Part shown: piece after piece, positions 1 to 9,630 of the stretch | Numbering within the stretch: the stretch's first letter is position 1 | Layout: the number at the start of each line of letters is the position of its first letter | Origin: Oscillatoria nigro-viridis PCC 7112 | GTDB taxonomy: Bacteria > Actinomycetota > Actinomycetes > Mycobacteriales > Jatrophihabitantaceae | DNA: 41,407 nucleotides | Assembly (NCBI GenBank): GCA_964658795.1 | Contig: CAZZZW010000001.1 | Location: forward strand, 1-41,407 | Direction: 5' to 3' | Notes under the pieces: generated by a model | Told to the model about the DNA's origin: nothing | Database searches by the model: none | What the model saw: the letters and a program-made list of their open reading frames with translations, nothing else | Program-made: the position numbers and the translations under genes

Positions 1-107
1 GGCAACACTCCGTCGATGCCATAGCCCGCATGGTCGGCGTTGGGCGCACCACCATCTACCGCACCCTCGAGGCCAGCACGCCAGCAGCGAAAGAAGATCG
101 TCGGTAG
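1..107 (+). CDS. 3' end of a serine resolvase/invertase-type recombinase (C-terminal HTH); partial at the window edge
   Basis: Frame from base 3 reads QHSVDAIARMVGVGRTTIYRTLEASTPAAKEDRR*, matching the Hin/resolvase HTH pattern IAxxxGVxRxTIYR. Stop at 105-107. Confidence 0.75.
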   Translation, partial: QHSVDAIARMVGVGRTTIYRTLEASTPAAKEDRR

Positions 108-142
108 CGGCAGCTACCGTCACGCCGAGTCTTTTGCTCCTC

Positions 143-613
143 TTAGTCGTCTGCTACCCAGGGACTGCACACGTTGACGTACCGGTGTTGTGGGTAGTAC
201 TGCGTGTAGGTCGCGCACGCCCGGTAAATGTGTCCGAAGCTATCCGGCTGTGGGCTCGTCTGAGTCAAAACGTGCGGTGACGATGCTGTAGAGGTTGCTG
301 CGATCACGCCACATCCGGTGAGATCACCGCGACACTGTTGCACGTAGAGCGTGAAACTGGCCGAGCGGTCTTCGCCGGTCAGCTGCGCCCAGACGTGCGC
401 CGAGTTCGCCAGCGAGTAATTGAGGTCGTCCCATTCCAGGCAGACCGTGGAGTCGTTCAACGAATCCGAACTCCAACAATTGCCCAGAGGTCGTGCTGAT
501 GCGAACTGGCTCGGTGCGGTAATCAGGAAACCCGAGAGGACGGCCAAAACGACAGAAATGCGTGCAACCAGCCGCGATGTCATGAGCGGGAACCTAAACC
601 TCACCATCTTCAC
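143..613 (-). CDS. secreted Cys-containing hypothetical protein
   Basis: Basic N-terminus, hydrophobic stretch and ASA cleavage-like motif. Six Cys in the mature part. Codon usage is less GC-biased than neighbouring genes. Confidence 0.65.
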   Translation of the reverse strand: MKMVRFRFPLMTSRLVARISVVLAVLSGFLITAPSQFASARPLGNCWSSDSLNDSTVCLEWDDLNYSLANSAHVWAQLTGEDRSASFTLYVQQCRGDLTGCGVIAATSTASSPHVLTQTSPQPDSFGHIYRACATYTQYYPQHRYVNVCSPWVADD

Positions 614-950
614 GGGTCAAGGACCGGGCACGTTCGATTACCTGGCCCAGACCTACCGCAGATCACGCCCAACCCCTCAGAGACACGTAGCGCGACGCCG
701 TAAGGCGGATACTTGCTTCGTGACTCAGCACAACTCCCCCCGCGAGCGGACACCGGTGCTGGCTCCGCCTTCGCCCGGGCCGGATCGTCAGCACGACCCG
801 GCGGCGGCGCGGGGCTGGCGGCAATGGCAACCGAGCCAGGATGGCTCCACACCGATCTTGGACCAGCTGCTCACTGAGCACGGTGGACGCCTTTAGCCGC
901 TACATCAGAACGCGCCTCACCCCAAGCCACTCCGCACGAAATGAACTCTC

Positions 951-1049
951 ATGCTCACCCAGCTCATCTTCATTGCCGGGCTTACCCTTGCCCTAGTACT
1001 CGCGCTCGCAGTCACGTTCACCACCGACCACTGGCGGCGCCGTCGCTGA
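951..1049 (+). CDS. putative 32-aa single-TM small protein (not in the ORF track)
   Basis: ATG at 951 to TGA at 1049 gives MLTQLIFIAGLTLALVLALAVTFTTDHWRRRR: a hydrophobic helix followed by a basic tail. No clear RBS. Confidence 0.4.
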   Translation: MLTQLIFIAGLTLALVLALAVTFTTDHWRRRR

Positions 1050-1236
1050 CCTCCCGCGCGCCCGATGCCTTTGCTGTGCCGGGTGATCCGGGCCGCGACT
1101 GTCGCGGGCAGCGCGCCGGTGCAGGCGGCGAGCTGGCGGTTGCAGGATGGTCGGTGTCGGGCGAACCACGGTGTACCGGGCGCTGGATCCGGGGGAGCGC
1201 CGGGCTTCGGCGCAGGGTGAATGTCGCCCACGTCGA

Positions 1237-1704
1237 TCATCTCGGTTCCTGTGACGTGCGCAGGCGCGGTCGCGGTATCGGCAGGTCGAGGCCGAATCGT
1301 CGGGCCGGGTCGAACCGGCGGGCCCGATGCAGTTCGCCGGGATGGTCGAGCGGGGCGAAATTGGGGTGTTCGCTAACGCGGAGGCCGACGTCCTGCCAGC
1401 TGGGCAGCTCGCTGTTGTCGGTGTTCCACACGCCGAAGACTGCTTCATCGGCCCACACCGCAAGTTTCGGCGCCAGGACCGCGTGTGTCCCGGTGTCGCG
1501 GAAGGTGACCATGTCGCGTCCGGACTGCCACATCGTCAGTGTCCAGTAGGCGCCCCCGGGCTCGGCCCGAAGGCATCCGCGCACGAAGCCCGGGCTGCGG
1601 CGCGCCTGGCGGGCCGCAGCCACCGATCCGGCTAGAAATCGCGGCAGATACCGGCTGCGCCGGACCTTGAATCTCGTCGCCACCACCACGGCCATCTCGG
1701 GCAC
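1237..1704 (-). CDS. DUF3291/ABM-like (dimeric alpha-beta barrel) protein
   Basis: Motifs QARRSPGFVRG, YWTLTMW and TFRDTGTH. Divergent from the PadR gene. Start may be the ATG at 1695. Confidence 0.7.
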   Translation of the reverse strand: MPEMAVVVATRFKVRRSRYLPRFLAGSVAAARQARRSPGFVRGCLRAEPGGAYWTLTMWQSGRDMVTFRDTGTHAVLAPKLAVWADEAVFGVWNTDNSELPSWQDVGLRVSEHPNFAPLDHPGELHRARRFDPARRFGLDLPIPRPRLRTSQEPR

Positions 1705-1716
1705 GCTCCGATCTTT

Positions 1717-1735
1717 ACCGTCTGAAATGGACGGT
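1717..1735. promoter_or_regulatory. candidate PadR operator (inverted repeat)
   Basis: ACCGTC-N7-GACGGT in the 57-bp divergent intergenic region. Confidence 0.45.
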
Positions 1736-1761
1736 GCTGACCGTACGATAAGGTTTGGATT

Positions 1762-2289
1762 GTGTCAACGATTAGCCTCACTCCGACGTCGTACCTCGTG
1801 CTCGGCTGCCTGGCCACCTCGGGCCCGGCGACGCCGTATGACCTCAAACAAGCGGTCAGCGGCGGGATCGGCTACTTCTGGTCCTTTCCGCACTCCCAGC
1901 TCTACAGCGAACCGCCCCGACTAGCCGAGGCGGGCCTGCTCCACGAGCACCGCGAGGACACTGGGCGCCGCCGGCGACTGTTCACGATTACCGACACCGG
2001 ACGGGCAGCCTTGCATGACTGGCTGGCCGACCCGAGCGCCGACCTGCCCGACATCCGCGACAGTGGACTACTCAAGCTCTTTTTCGCAGCCCACGCCACG
2101 CCCAAGCAGATAACCGCGCTGGCTCGAACCCAACGCGACGCCCACCAACAACGTCTGGACCTCTACGAAACGCTCAACGCGCTCGGCGGCGCCGGACCCG
2201 CCGCCGCCACCATCGGCCTCGGACTCGCCTGGGAACAAGCCGCCACCAGGTTCTGGAGCGAGATCGCCGAGCACCCGCCACAACCGTGA
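1762..2289 (+). CDS. PadR-family transcriptional regulator (AphA-like, with C-terminal domain)
   Basis: Motifs TPYDLK, FWSFPHSQLYSEPPRL, RRRLFTITDTGRAALHDWL and LLKLFF. Confidence 0.92.
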   Translation: MSTISLTPTSYLVLGCLATSGPATPYDLKQAVSGGIGYFWSFPHSQLYSEPPRLAEAGLLHEHREDTGRRRRLFTITDTGRAALHDWLADPSADLPDIRDSGLLKLFFAAHATPKQITALARTQRDAHQQRLDLYETLNALGGAGPAAATIGLGLAWEQAATRFWSEIAEHPPQP

Positions 2290-2603
2290 CCGTCCGCTCA
2301 GGGCACTGCCCGCTCGCTCGCGGTTGCCCGAGCGGGGTGCCCGACCGTTAGGGACCAGATTCGCTCCACTATTAAAGGGGCCCCTATCGTGAAAGATGAC
2401 GCTCCCTCGGCAATGACCACCGGTGAGGGCGTCGGGGTGCTCCGGCCGTGTCGGGTGAGAGCGGTAGGCCAAAACAGTCTGGCCCCGGGGCATTCCCAAC
2501 CACAGCGCTCTGCCTGTAACCCGGGGAGATACACCTGGGGGTGTGGTGACGTTGCGGCTGGTCGTGCACGATGTATCCACCTCGGGTGTGATCGAAGGAG
2601 CAA

Positions 2604-3359
2604 GTGGTGGACGCGTCGTCGATGATGGAGCTGGCGCACGAGTTCGCCGAGCTGGGCAGTGAGCTGCATGGTCATGGTGACAGTGATGCGGCGTTGCGGC
2701 GGATGGTGGAACTGGCGACCAAGCATGTGCCCGCGTGCTCCTGGGCCAGCATCACCGTGATCCGCAGCAAAATGCCGCGCACGATCGCACATTCCGGTCC
2801 GGTCGCGGCCACGGCCGATCAGCTGCAGTACGAGCTGGGCGAGGGTCCGTGTCTGCAGGCAGCCGAGGACGGCGTCGACTACCTGCTCTTCGACGTGCAG
2901 AGCGAGCCACGCTGGCCGCGGTACGCCCGGGCGTTGCTCGCTCAGACTCCCGTCCGCAGCGTGCTGAGTTTCCAGCTGCCGGCCGAGGACCGGGCAGCGC
3001 TGAACCTGTTCTGCGACACCGCCGGCGGATTCGATGACGACTCGGTCACCATGGGCGCGGTATTCGCCGCCCACATCTCCACCACTGTGGCCCTGTACGA
3101 GGCGGAAGAACAAGCCGTCAACCTCGAGCGTGCCCTGACCCACAGCCGCCAGATCGGGGCCGCCGTAGGCATCCTGATGGCCCACCACAAGGTCACGGAA
3201 GAGCAGGCATTCAACCTGCTGCGGACCGCCAGCCAGCACCTGCACATCAAACTGCGCGACATTGCCGTGGGCGTGGTCGAGACCGGCACCCTGCCCAGCA
3301 TGCCCCATACCACCGGCCGCAGTACCCCGACTCTTCCGGCTCACGGCCAGCCCACCTGA
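2604..3359 (+). CDS. GAF and ANTAR domain protein
   Basis: GAF motif DQLQYELGEGPC..RWP. C-terminal ANTAR motif IGAAVGILMA..EQAFNLLRTASQHLHIKLRDIA. Confidence 0.92.
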   Translation: MVDASSMMELAHEFAELGSELHGHGDSDAALRRMVELATKHVPACSWASITVIRSKMPRTIAHSGPVAATADQLQYELGEGPCLQAAEDGVDYLLFDVQSEPRWPRYARALLAQTPVRSVLSFQLPAEDRAALNLFCDTAGGFDDDSVTMGAVFAAHISTTVALYEAEEQAVNLERALTHSRQIGAAVGILMAHHKVTEEQAFNLLRTASQHLHIKLRDIAVGVVETGTLPSMPHTTGRSTPTLPAHGQPT

Positions 3360-3389
3360 CTGGGCCGCTAGAACCTAGGAAGGCTCGGA

Positions 3390-3986
3390 TCACCGCTGTT
3401 TCGCGGCCTTGTCGGCGTGGGGGAGGCGACGGGGCCGTAGCCCGCGCAGCGCCAGCAGGATCAGCACCGCACTCGCCGCCGTGCGCCCCTTGCGGGATCG
3501 GTTGGGGCCGACCGCGGTGGCTGGCTCGCTCTGCTCCTGCAACGCGGAGGTGGTCGGCTGCGTCCGGTCAAGATCGGGGTGTGCGGCGTGGACCCGCAAG
3601 CTTGGGGCGCTGCGGCGCAGGGTCGCTTCCCGGCGTGCTTCGCCGAGGCCGAATCCGGAGTCGCCGTGTGGTCCGCACAGGGCTGATGTCACGTTGGCGT
3701 AGGTGCCGATCCAGTTGTCCCAGCCAGCGGTGTCGTCGGGCCCGGTCGGAGCTGCCCCTGTCTGCTGGTGGGGTTCCGGTGAGCGGGGGTCGGGCGGCAG
3801 GCTGTCCATGAGGTAGGCGCGGACGGTGTCGAGGTTGTCCCACAGTTGCTGGGCGTAGGAGCAGCTCTCGTGCAGGGCCTGCTCAAGCAGCCGGGCCCGG
3901 GTCTCGTGATCGGCTGTGAGGTGGTTGCGGTCGTTGTCCAGGACGCGGTCAGGGTCGAGCAGGTGCGGCTGCGGGATGGGCTGCAT
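3390..3986 (-). CDS. hypothetical protein with C-terminal hydrophobic anchor
   Basis: GGAG RBS, 8 bp downstream of the GH15 stop, normal codon bias. Confidence 0.75.
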   Translation of the reverse strand: MQPIPQPHLLDPDRVLDNDRNHLTADHETRARLLEQALHESCSYAQQLWDNLDTVRAYLMDSLPPDPRSPEPHQQTGAAPTGPDDTAGWDNWIGTYANVTSALCGPHGDSGFGLGEARREATLRRSAPSLRVHAAHPDLDRTQPTTSALQEQSEPATAVGPNRSRKGRTAASAVLILLALRGLRPRRLPHADKAAKQR

Positions 3987-3994
3987 GAGTTCTC

Positions 3995-5752
3995 CTATTC
4001 AGGGGCCAGGCGAGCGGCTGCTTCGATCGCGAGGGCGTGGACGAAGGCTTGGGGCAGGTTGCCGCGCATCTGGTGTTGGTCGGCGTCGTATTCCTCGCTG
4101 AACAGTTGCGGTGGTCCGCAGGCGGCGCGGGTGCGTTCGAACCAGGCTCGGGCGTGGATGGGCTGATCGTGCTGGTGCAGGCTGAGGGCGAGCAGGAATC
4201 CGCAGAGCAGGAACGATCCTTCGGCTTGAGGTAGAGGCCGGTCGTCGTGGCGGAAGCGGTAGGCGTAGCCGTCGCGGGTGAGATCACGCAGGTAGGCGTT
4301 GAGGGTTGCGATGGTGCGCGGGTCATCGCCGGGGACCGCGCCGCGCAGTCCGGGTAGTAGGAGTGCGGCGTCTAGGGCAGGGTCCTCGGGTGAGCGTTGC
4401 CAGTGTCCGTCGGGGTGCAGGGCGTGGGTGGCGGTGTCGGCGGTGATGTGGTCGGCGAGGGTGAGCCAGTCGGCCGTGGCTGATGGTGTGGGGTGGGCAG
4501 CAGCGATGGCGCGCAGCCCGGCGGCGGCGGTGAGGCGGCTGTGGGTCCAGGCCCGGTTGTCGATTTCCCAGATGCCGGCATCAGGTTCGGTCCACCGGTG
4601 GGCGATCGCGGTCGCGGCGGTTTCGGCGGCGCGCCAGCTGTCGGGGTCGAGTCGGTCCTGGCGGGCCGCAGCGGCGAAGAGGAGCAGTGCCTCACCGAAG
4701 GCGTCGAGTTGGAATTGCTGGTTGACCCAGTTGCCGATGATGTCGTAGCCGCCGGGGTAGCCGGCCAGGTCGAGGTGGCGTTGGTCGGGGACCGGGGCGC
4801 CGGTGGTGGTGTAGGCGGGGGCCAGGTGGTCGCCGTGTTCGAGCAGTCGGGCGCCGACGAAGGAGACCGCGTCGTCGAGGAGGGGGTGTGACCCGGCCGC
4901 GGCGGCGGCGTGGCCGGCGTAGCACTGGTCGCGGATCCAGACGTAGCGGTAGTCGTAGTTGCGGCCGGCTTCGGCGCGTTCGGGCAGGCTGGTCGTGGCG
5001 GCGGCGACCATGCCGCCGCCGGTTGAGGTGAGCCCGCGCAGCACGGCGTAGCTGTGGCGGGTGTCGCGGGGGGCGAGGACTGTGTCCAGGACCGGGACGG
5101 CCGCGAGCCAGGCCGTTTCGGTGGCCGGCCACGCCGTGTCGGGCCTGACCGGTTCGTCGGGTAGCGGCTGGTCGCTGAGTTCGAGGACCAGGTCGTGCTG
5201 CTGCCCGGCCTCGAGGTGGATTTCGGCCGCCAGTGCCTGTCGGTGGTGGCGCGGCTGGGCGTCCTGGCCGCCGGTCCAGCGCAGATACAGGCCGCCGAGG
5301 CGGCCGGTCCACACGCCGTCGTGGCGGTGCAGGTCGGTCAGCTGCTCGGTGCCGTAGCCGGTGCGTGGATCGAGCGTGATCCGTAGGAGCGCGTCGGCGT
5401 CGAGGGCATGCACCCGGCGCAGCAGCACCAGATGGTGCGGATCGCCGGGATAGGCCAGGGCCTCGCGGCATTCCACGATGCCGGTGTCGGTGACCCACCG
5501 GCTGCGCCAGATCATCGTGCGGTCTTCGTAGTAGCCGCCCCACACGCACCGTCCGGCCGGGGTGACGGTGTACTCACCCGCGCCACCGATGAGGGAGGTG
5601 AACACGGCATCGCTGTCCCAGCGGGGCGCGCACAACCAGACGATGTCACCGCGCGGTCCCACGACCGCTCCGCGTTCGCCGTCGGCCAGCAGCGCGTATT
5701 CGCGCAGGGTCTGCGGGGGAATCGCGTCGTAGGGGGGATTGTCGGCCCTCAT
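3995..5752 (-). CDS. glycoside hydrolase family 15 (glucoamylase/trehalase-like)
   Basis: Motifs AAATTSLPE, RNYDYRYVWIRD, FQLDAFGE, DAGIWE, LFSEE and GNLPQAFVH. Confidence 0.95.
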   Translation of the reverse strand: MRADNPPYDAIPPQTLREYALLADGERGAVVGPRGDIVWLCAPRWDSDAVFTSLIGGAGEYTVTPAGRCVWGGYYEDRTMIWRSRWVTDTGIVECREALAYPGDPHHLVLLRRVHALDADALLRITLDPRTGYGTEQLTDLHRHDGVWTGRLGGLYLRWTGGQDAQPRHHRQALAAEIHLEAGQQHDLVLELSDQPLPDEPVRPDTAWPATETAWLAAVPVLDTVLAPRDTRHSYAVLRGLTSTGGGMVAAATTSLPERAEAGRNYDYRYVWIRDQCYAGHAAAAAGSHPLLDDAVSFVGARLLEHGDHLAPAYTTTGAPVPDQRHLDLAGYPGGYDIIGNWVNQQFQLDAFGEALLLFAAAARQDRLDPDSWRAAETAATAIAHRWTEPDAGIWEIDNRAWTHSRLTAAAGLRAIAAAHPTPSATADWLTLADHITADTATHALHPDGHWQRSPEDPALDAALLLPGLRGAVPGDDPRTIATLNAYLRDLTRDGYAYRFRHDDRPLPQAEGSFLLCGFLLALSLHQHDQPIHARAWFERTRAACGPPQLFSEEYDADQHQMRGNLPQAFVHALAIEAAARLAPE

Positions 5753-6108
5753 CGTCGGGTCACGATGAACCCACCGGCCATGGCCGAGGCTGCGGCGCTG
5801 GCCGCGCTGATCAGGGCCGCGCGGCGATAGGTGGGCCAGGTTCGGGCGGCGGCCAGCATCGATGTGGCATGAATCAGATCCACGCCGATGCCCAGTTGCA
5901 GCAGACCGCGTTGCGGTGCGACTGCTTCCGGGGCGGCCTGCAGCAAGATCCTCGCGCCCAGGACGCGCAGGATCCAGGTCGGCGGGGTGTTCTGATCTCG
6001 CGTGAGCCGGCGGACGGCGCGCGAGGACGGTCCCAGCAGCGCGACGGCTTGAAGGAGATGCGCGCCTGCGAGTAGTCGGGTCTGGCTACGCCACGTGCAG
6101 GCGGTCAT
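5749..6108 (-). CDS. small membrane protein
   Basis: ATGA overlaps with both neighbours. Hydrophobic, with RVLGARILLQA and VDLIHATSM. Confidence 0.75.
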   Translation of the reverse strand: MTACTWRSQTRLLAGAHLLQAVALLGPSSRAVRRLTRDQNTPPTWILRVLGARILLQAAPEAVAPQRGLLQLGIGVDLIHATSMLAAARTWPTYRRAALISAASAAASAMAGGFIVTRR

Positions 6109-7109
6109 CGTCGCCGGCCCAGCAGGCTGAGGGCAGCGGCGGCGGCCGCGCCGAGCAGCCCGAGCGCGAGCGTGCCGTGGTGTTGTGAGGCCCACAGCTG
6201 CGGATCACGGTCATGGGACTGAGAGTCGAACACGCCGTGCGCGCCGAAGTCGCGGCCATCCTGGCCGTCGGCGGGCTCCCACAGGTTCACCGGTGCCTCC
6301 GGGTCGTGGCGCTGCTGGGTTTGCTGGGAGGAGAACCCGGTCTTTCCCAGGTAGCGGTCCAACAGGCCGGGCGCGAGAGCGTTAGCGGCCAGGGTCGCCA
6401 TCGTGGAAGCACCGACCCAGTACTCGCGTCGCTGCGGGTGTTCGGCGGCGAACAGCACACCGCGGGCAGCGAATTCGGGCTGGTAGATCGGCGGCACCGG
6501 CTGGGCGTGATGGGGTAGCCGCGACAGCACCCAGGAAAATTGGGGGGTGTTGACGGCCGGCATCTGCACCATCGTGACGTGGACGTTGCTTTTGTCGTGC
6601 AACAGTTCACAGCGCAGCGCTTCATGAAAACCTTGGATGGCGTGTTTGGCCCCGCAATAGGCCGACTGCAGCGGGATGCCGCGGTATGCCAATGCCGAGC
6701 CCACTTGCACGACCGTGCCGCGATCGCGGGGTTTCATGTACTTCAAGGCCGCCATGGTGGCGTAGACGTAGCCGAGGTAGCTCACCTCGGTGACGCGCTT
6801 GTACTCCTCGGGCTGGATCTGGTCGAAGGGTGCGAACACCGAGGTGAACGCGACGTTGACCCAGACGTCGATCGGCCCGAGTTCGGACTCGACCCTGTCG
6901 GCGACGGCATACACCGCGTCGGCATCAGAGACATCGGCCGGCATCACGTGCGCGGTGCCGCCGGCCTTCTCGACGTCGGCCGCGGCGCCGGCCAGGCCCT
7001 GGGCGCCACGCGCGACCAACACGACGCTGTCCCCGCGAGCGGCAAACGCGATAGCGGTTGCCCGCCCGATCCCGCCGCTGGCTCCGGTCACCACGATGAT
7101 GCGCGGCAT
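6105..7109 (-). CDS. SDR family oxidoreductase
   Basis: TGASGGIG, catalytic S..YCGAK. GGAG RBS before the ATG at 7109. Confidence 0.95.
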   Translation of the reverse strand: MPRIIVVTGASGGIGRATAIAFAARGDSVVLVARGAQGLAGAAADVEKAGGTAHVMPADVSDADAVYAVADRVESELGPIDVWVNVAFTSVFAPFDQIQPEEYKRVTEVSYLGYVYATMAALKYMKPRDRGTVVQVGSALAYRGIPLQSAYCGAKHAIQGFHEALRCELLHDKSNVHVTMVQMPAVNTPQFSWVLSRLPHHAQPVPPIYQPEFAARGVLFAAEHPQRREYWVGASTMATLAANALAPGLLDRYLGKTGFSSQQTQQRHDPEAPVNLWEPADGQDGRDFGAHGVFDSQSHDRDPQLWASQHHGTLALGLLGAAAAAALSLLGRRR

Positions 7110-7171
7110 CTGCAGATCAACTCCCTTGTAGAACGCGATTCGCCTGTGACGCTCGAATGATTCGAGTGGGT

Positions 7172-7687
7172 TCAGGTCGTCCAGCCCATGGACCACAAAT
7201 CCGACTCGGCTGCTTGGGGGCCCGCCGCGGCGAACTCACCTAGCAGCCGGACGAGATCTCGCCGGTGGCTGACGGGCATGGCGTTGAGCATCGGGGCCAT
7301 GGCCGCGCGTCGCTCGGCCATCGCCTCGGCCACGACCGCCTCGCCCTGACCGGTCAACGTCAACAGCAGTTGCCGGCGATTGGCTGGATCGTCGGCGCGG
7401 TTGAGCAAATCCTCGCTCACGAGCCGGTCACACAACCGGCTGGCCGTAGACAGATGGGTCCGCGTCGCCTCGGCTAGCTCGCCCAGCGAGACCGAACCGC
7501 GGCTGGCGATGACCACCAGTGCCCGGAACTGAGCCAGGTCGACCTTGTCCTCCACGGCCGCGATCGACCGGGCGCTGATGGCTACGAGCGCACGGCAGGC
7601 TGTTTGGAGGGCGTCGATCTCGGTCTCGCTCACGCTGGCCTTCGATGCCGGACGGCTGGTCCGATGCGGTGCTTGTTCACTCACCAT
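7172..7687 (-). CDS. MarR-family transcriptional regulator
   Basis: QFRALVVI, STASRLCDRLV and DPANRRQLLLTLT. Start uncertain. Confidence 0.9.
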   Translation of the reverse strand: MVSEQAPHRTSRPASKASVSETEIDALQTACRALVAISARSIAAVEDKVDLAQFRALVVIASRGSVSLGELAEATRTHLSTASRLCDRLVSEDLLNRADDPANRRQLLLTLTGQGEAVVAEAMAERRAAMAPMLNAMPVSHRRDLVRLLGEFAAAGPQAAESDLWSMGWTT

Positions 7688-7700
7688 CACCAGCCTGCCA

Positions 7701-7727
7701 GCAACCCTTGCGCATTGCAAGGGTTGC
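7701..7727. promoter_or_regulatory. candidate MarR operator (perfect 11-bp inverted repeat)
   Basis: GCAACCCTTGC-gcatt-GCAAGGGTTGC between the divergent marR gene and the ThDP-enzyme operon. Confidence 0.7.
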
Positions 7728-7826
7728 GAGTAGACAGAAATGCAGGAGGTGACGCAGCCACACTGCCGGCTACCACCGCCCAGACGGCGAACAAGGCCGT
7801 TGCCGCCTCATGAGGGAGACCAGAGC

Positions 7827-9629
7827 ATGGCTGACACCGTCGGAGATTTCTTGCTGTCCCGGCTACGGGAGTGGGATGTTGAGCAGGTTTTCGGCTATCC
7901 CGGTGATGGCATCAACGGGCTGCTCGCGGCGTGGGGCCGAGCCGGGGACAAGCCGCAGTTCGTGCAGGCCCGGCACGAGGAGATGGCGGCATTCGAGGCG
8001 GTCGGCTTCGCGAAGTTCTCCGGCCGGGTCGGTGTGTGCGTGGCCACCAGCGGACCGGGCGCGGTGCACCTACTCAACGGTCTCTATGACGCGAAACTGG
8101 ACCACGTCCCGGTCGTGGCCATCGTCGGTCAGACCGAACGTTCGGCGATGGGTGGCTCCTACCAGCAGGAGATCGACCTGCTCAGCCTGTACAAGGACGT
8201 ATGCAGCGACTACGTGCAGATGTGCACGGTCCCCGAGCAGCTGCCCAATCTGCTCGACCGAGCGATCCGGATCGCGCTCAGCGAGCACGCCCCGACCTGC
8301 ATCATCATCCCGTCCGAGGTCTTCGACCTGGAGTACACCGCTCCCGCTCACGCGTTCAAGCAAGTGCCCTCCAGCATCGGCATGTCGGCCTCCACCGTCA
8401 CTGCCGACGCGGCGGCGATCCAGCAGGCCGCCGACATCCTGAATGCCGGCAGCAAGGTAGCCCTGCTGGTCGGGCAAGGCGCGCGGGGCTGCCAGGAGGA
8501 ACTGACCCAGATCGCGGACCTGCTCGGCGCGGGAGCGGCGAAAGCTCTGCTGGGGAAGGATGTTCTGCCCGATGACCTGCCGTGGGTGACCGGCTCGATC
8601 GGTCTGCTGGGCACCATCGCCTCCTACCACCTGATGATGGACTGCGACACGTTGCTCACCGTTGGCTCCAACTTCCCCTACACGCAGTTCCTGCCCGAGC
8701 TGGACCAGGCGCGGGCGATCCAGATCGACCGGTCCGGCAAATGGATCGGCATGCGCTACCCCTACGAACTCAACCTCGTGGGAGACGCCAAAGCGACCCT
8801 GCAAGCGCTGATCCCCCTGCTGCAGCGCAAGACCGACCGGGGCTGGCGCGAGCAGATCGAGAACAACGTCACCGAGTGGTGGGCCACCGTCGAGCGCCGA
8901 GCTCTGACCGATGCCGACCCGGTGAACCCGATGCGGATCTTCCACGAACTCTCCACCCGGCTCCCGCACAACGCCCTCGTGGCCGCCGACTCCGGCAGCG
9001 CAGCCAACTGGTACGCCCGCCACCTGAAGTTCACCGGCGAGGTCCGCGGTTCGCTGTCGGGCACCCTGGCGACCATGGGCCCCGGCGTCCCGTACGCGAT
9101 CGGCGCCAAATGGGCCCACCCCGACCGGCCGGCGATCGCCCTGGTCGGTGACGGCGCGATGCAGATGAACGGCCTGGCCGAACTGATCACGATCGCCCAC
9201 TACTGGCAGCAATGGAGCGACCCACGTCTGATCGTGGCCATCCTGCACAACAACGACCTCAACCAGGTCACCTGGGAGATGCGGGCGATGGAGGGAGCGC
9301 CCAAGTTCGCCGCCTCCCAGACCCTGCCCGACATCGACTACGCCGCCTTCGCCCGCAGCCTGGGCCTGCAGGCGTTCAACATCGCCGAACCCGACGCGCT
9401 CGGACCCGCCTGGGACGATGCCCTGAACGCGGACCGGCCGACCGTGCTCGACGTCCGGTGTGACCCGAACGTGCCGCCGATCCCGCCGCACGCGACCTTC
9501 GCCCAGGTCAAAGCCATGGCCGGATCGGTCTGGCACGGTGATGAGGACACCTGGGGGTTCGTCAAGGAAGGGTTCAAGCAGAAGGTGCAGCAGTACCTGC
9601 CCGGCCGGCACGGACAGGACGGTTCCTGA
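7827..9629 (+). CDS. thiamine pyrophosphate-dependent enzyme (pyruvate oxidase/acetolactate synthase-like)
   Basis: FGYPGDGIN, ARHEEMAAF, TSGPGAVHLLNGLYDA and the ThDP-binding motif GDGAMQM..NN. GGGAG RBS. Confidence 0.95.
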   Translation: MADTVGDFLLSRLREWDVEQVFGYPGDGINGLLAAWGRAGDKPQFVQARHEEMAAFEAVGFAKFSGRVGVCVATSGPGAVHLLNGLYDAKLDHVPVVAIVGQTERSAMGGSYQQEIDLLSLYKDVCSDYVQMCTVPEQLPNLLDRAIRIALSEHAPTCIIIPSEVFDLEYTAPAHAFKQVPSSIGMSASTVTADAAAIQQAADILNAGSKVALLVGQGARGCQEELTQIADLLGAGAAKALLGKDVLPDDLPWVTGSIGLLGTIASYHLMMDCDTLLTVGSNFPYTQFLPELDQARAIQIDRSGKWIGMRYPYELNLVGDAKATLQALIPLLQRKTDRGWREQIENNVTEWWATVERRALTDADPVNPMRIFHELSTRLPHNALVAADSGSAANWYARHLKFTGEVRGSLSGTLATMGPGVPYAIGAKWAHPDRPAIALVGDGAMQMNGLAELITIAHYWQQWSDPRLIVAILHNNDLNQVTWEMRAMEGAPKFAASQTLPDIDYAAFARSLGLQAFNIAEPDALGPAWDDALNADRPTVLDVRCDPNVPPIPPHATFAQVKAMAGSVWHGDEDTWGFVKEGFKQKVQQYLPGRHGQDGS

Positions 9630-9630
9630 G

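Noticed and set aside
420-896. 158-aa plus-strand ORF, or a 58-aa sub-ORF from the GTG at 720
   Set aside because: The 5' part overlaps the better-supported secreted-protein gene, and the 3' part has no recognisable motif or RBS.
2290-2603. Possible ANTAR-target tandem hairpins upstream of the GAF-ANTAR gene
   Set aside because: I could not identify two hexaloop hairpins with the conserved A1/G4 pattern by eye; a covariance-model search is needed.
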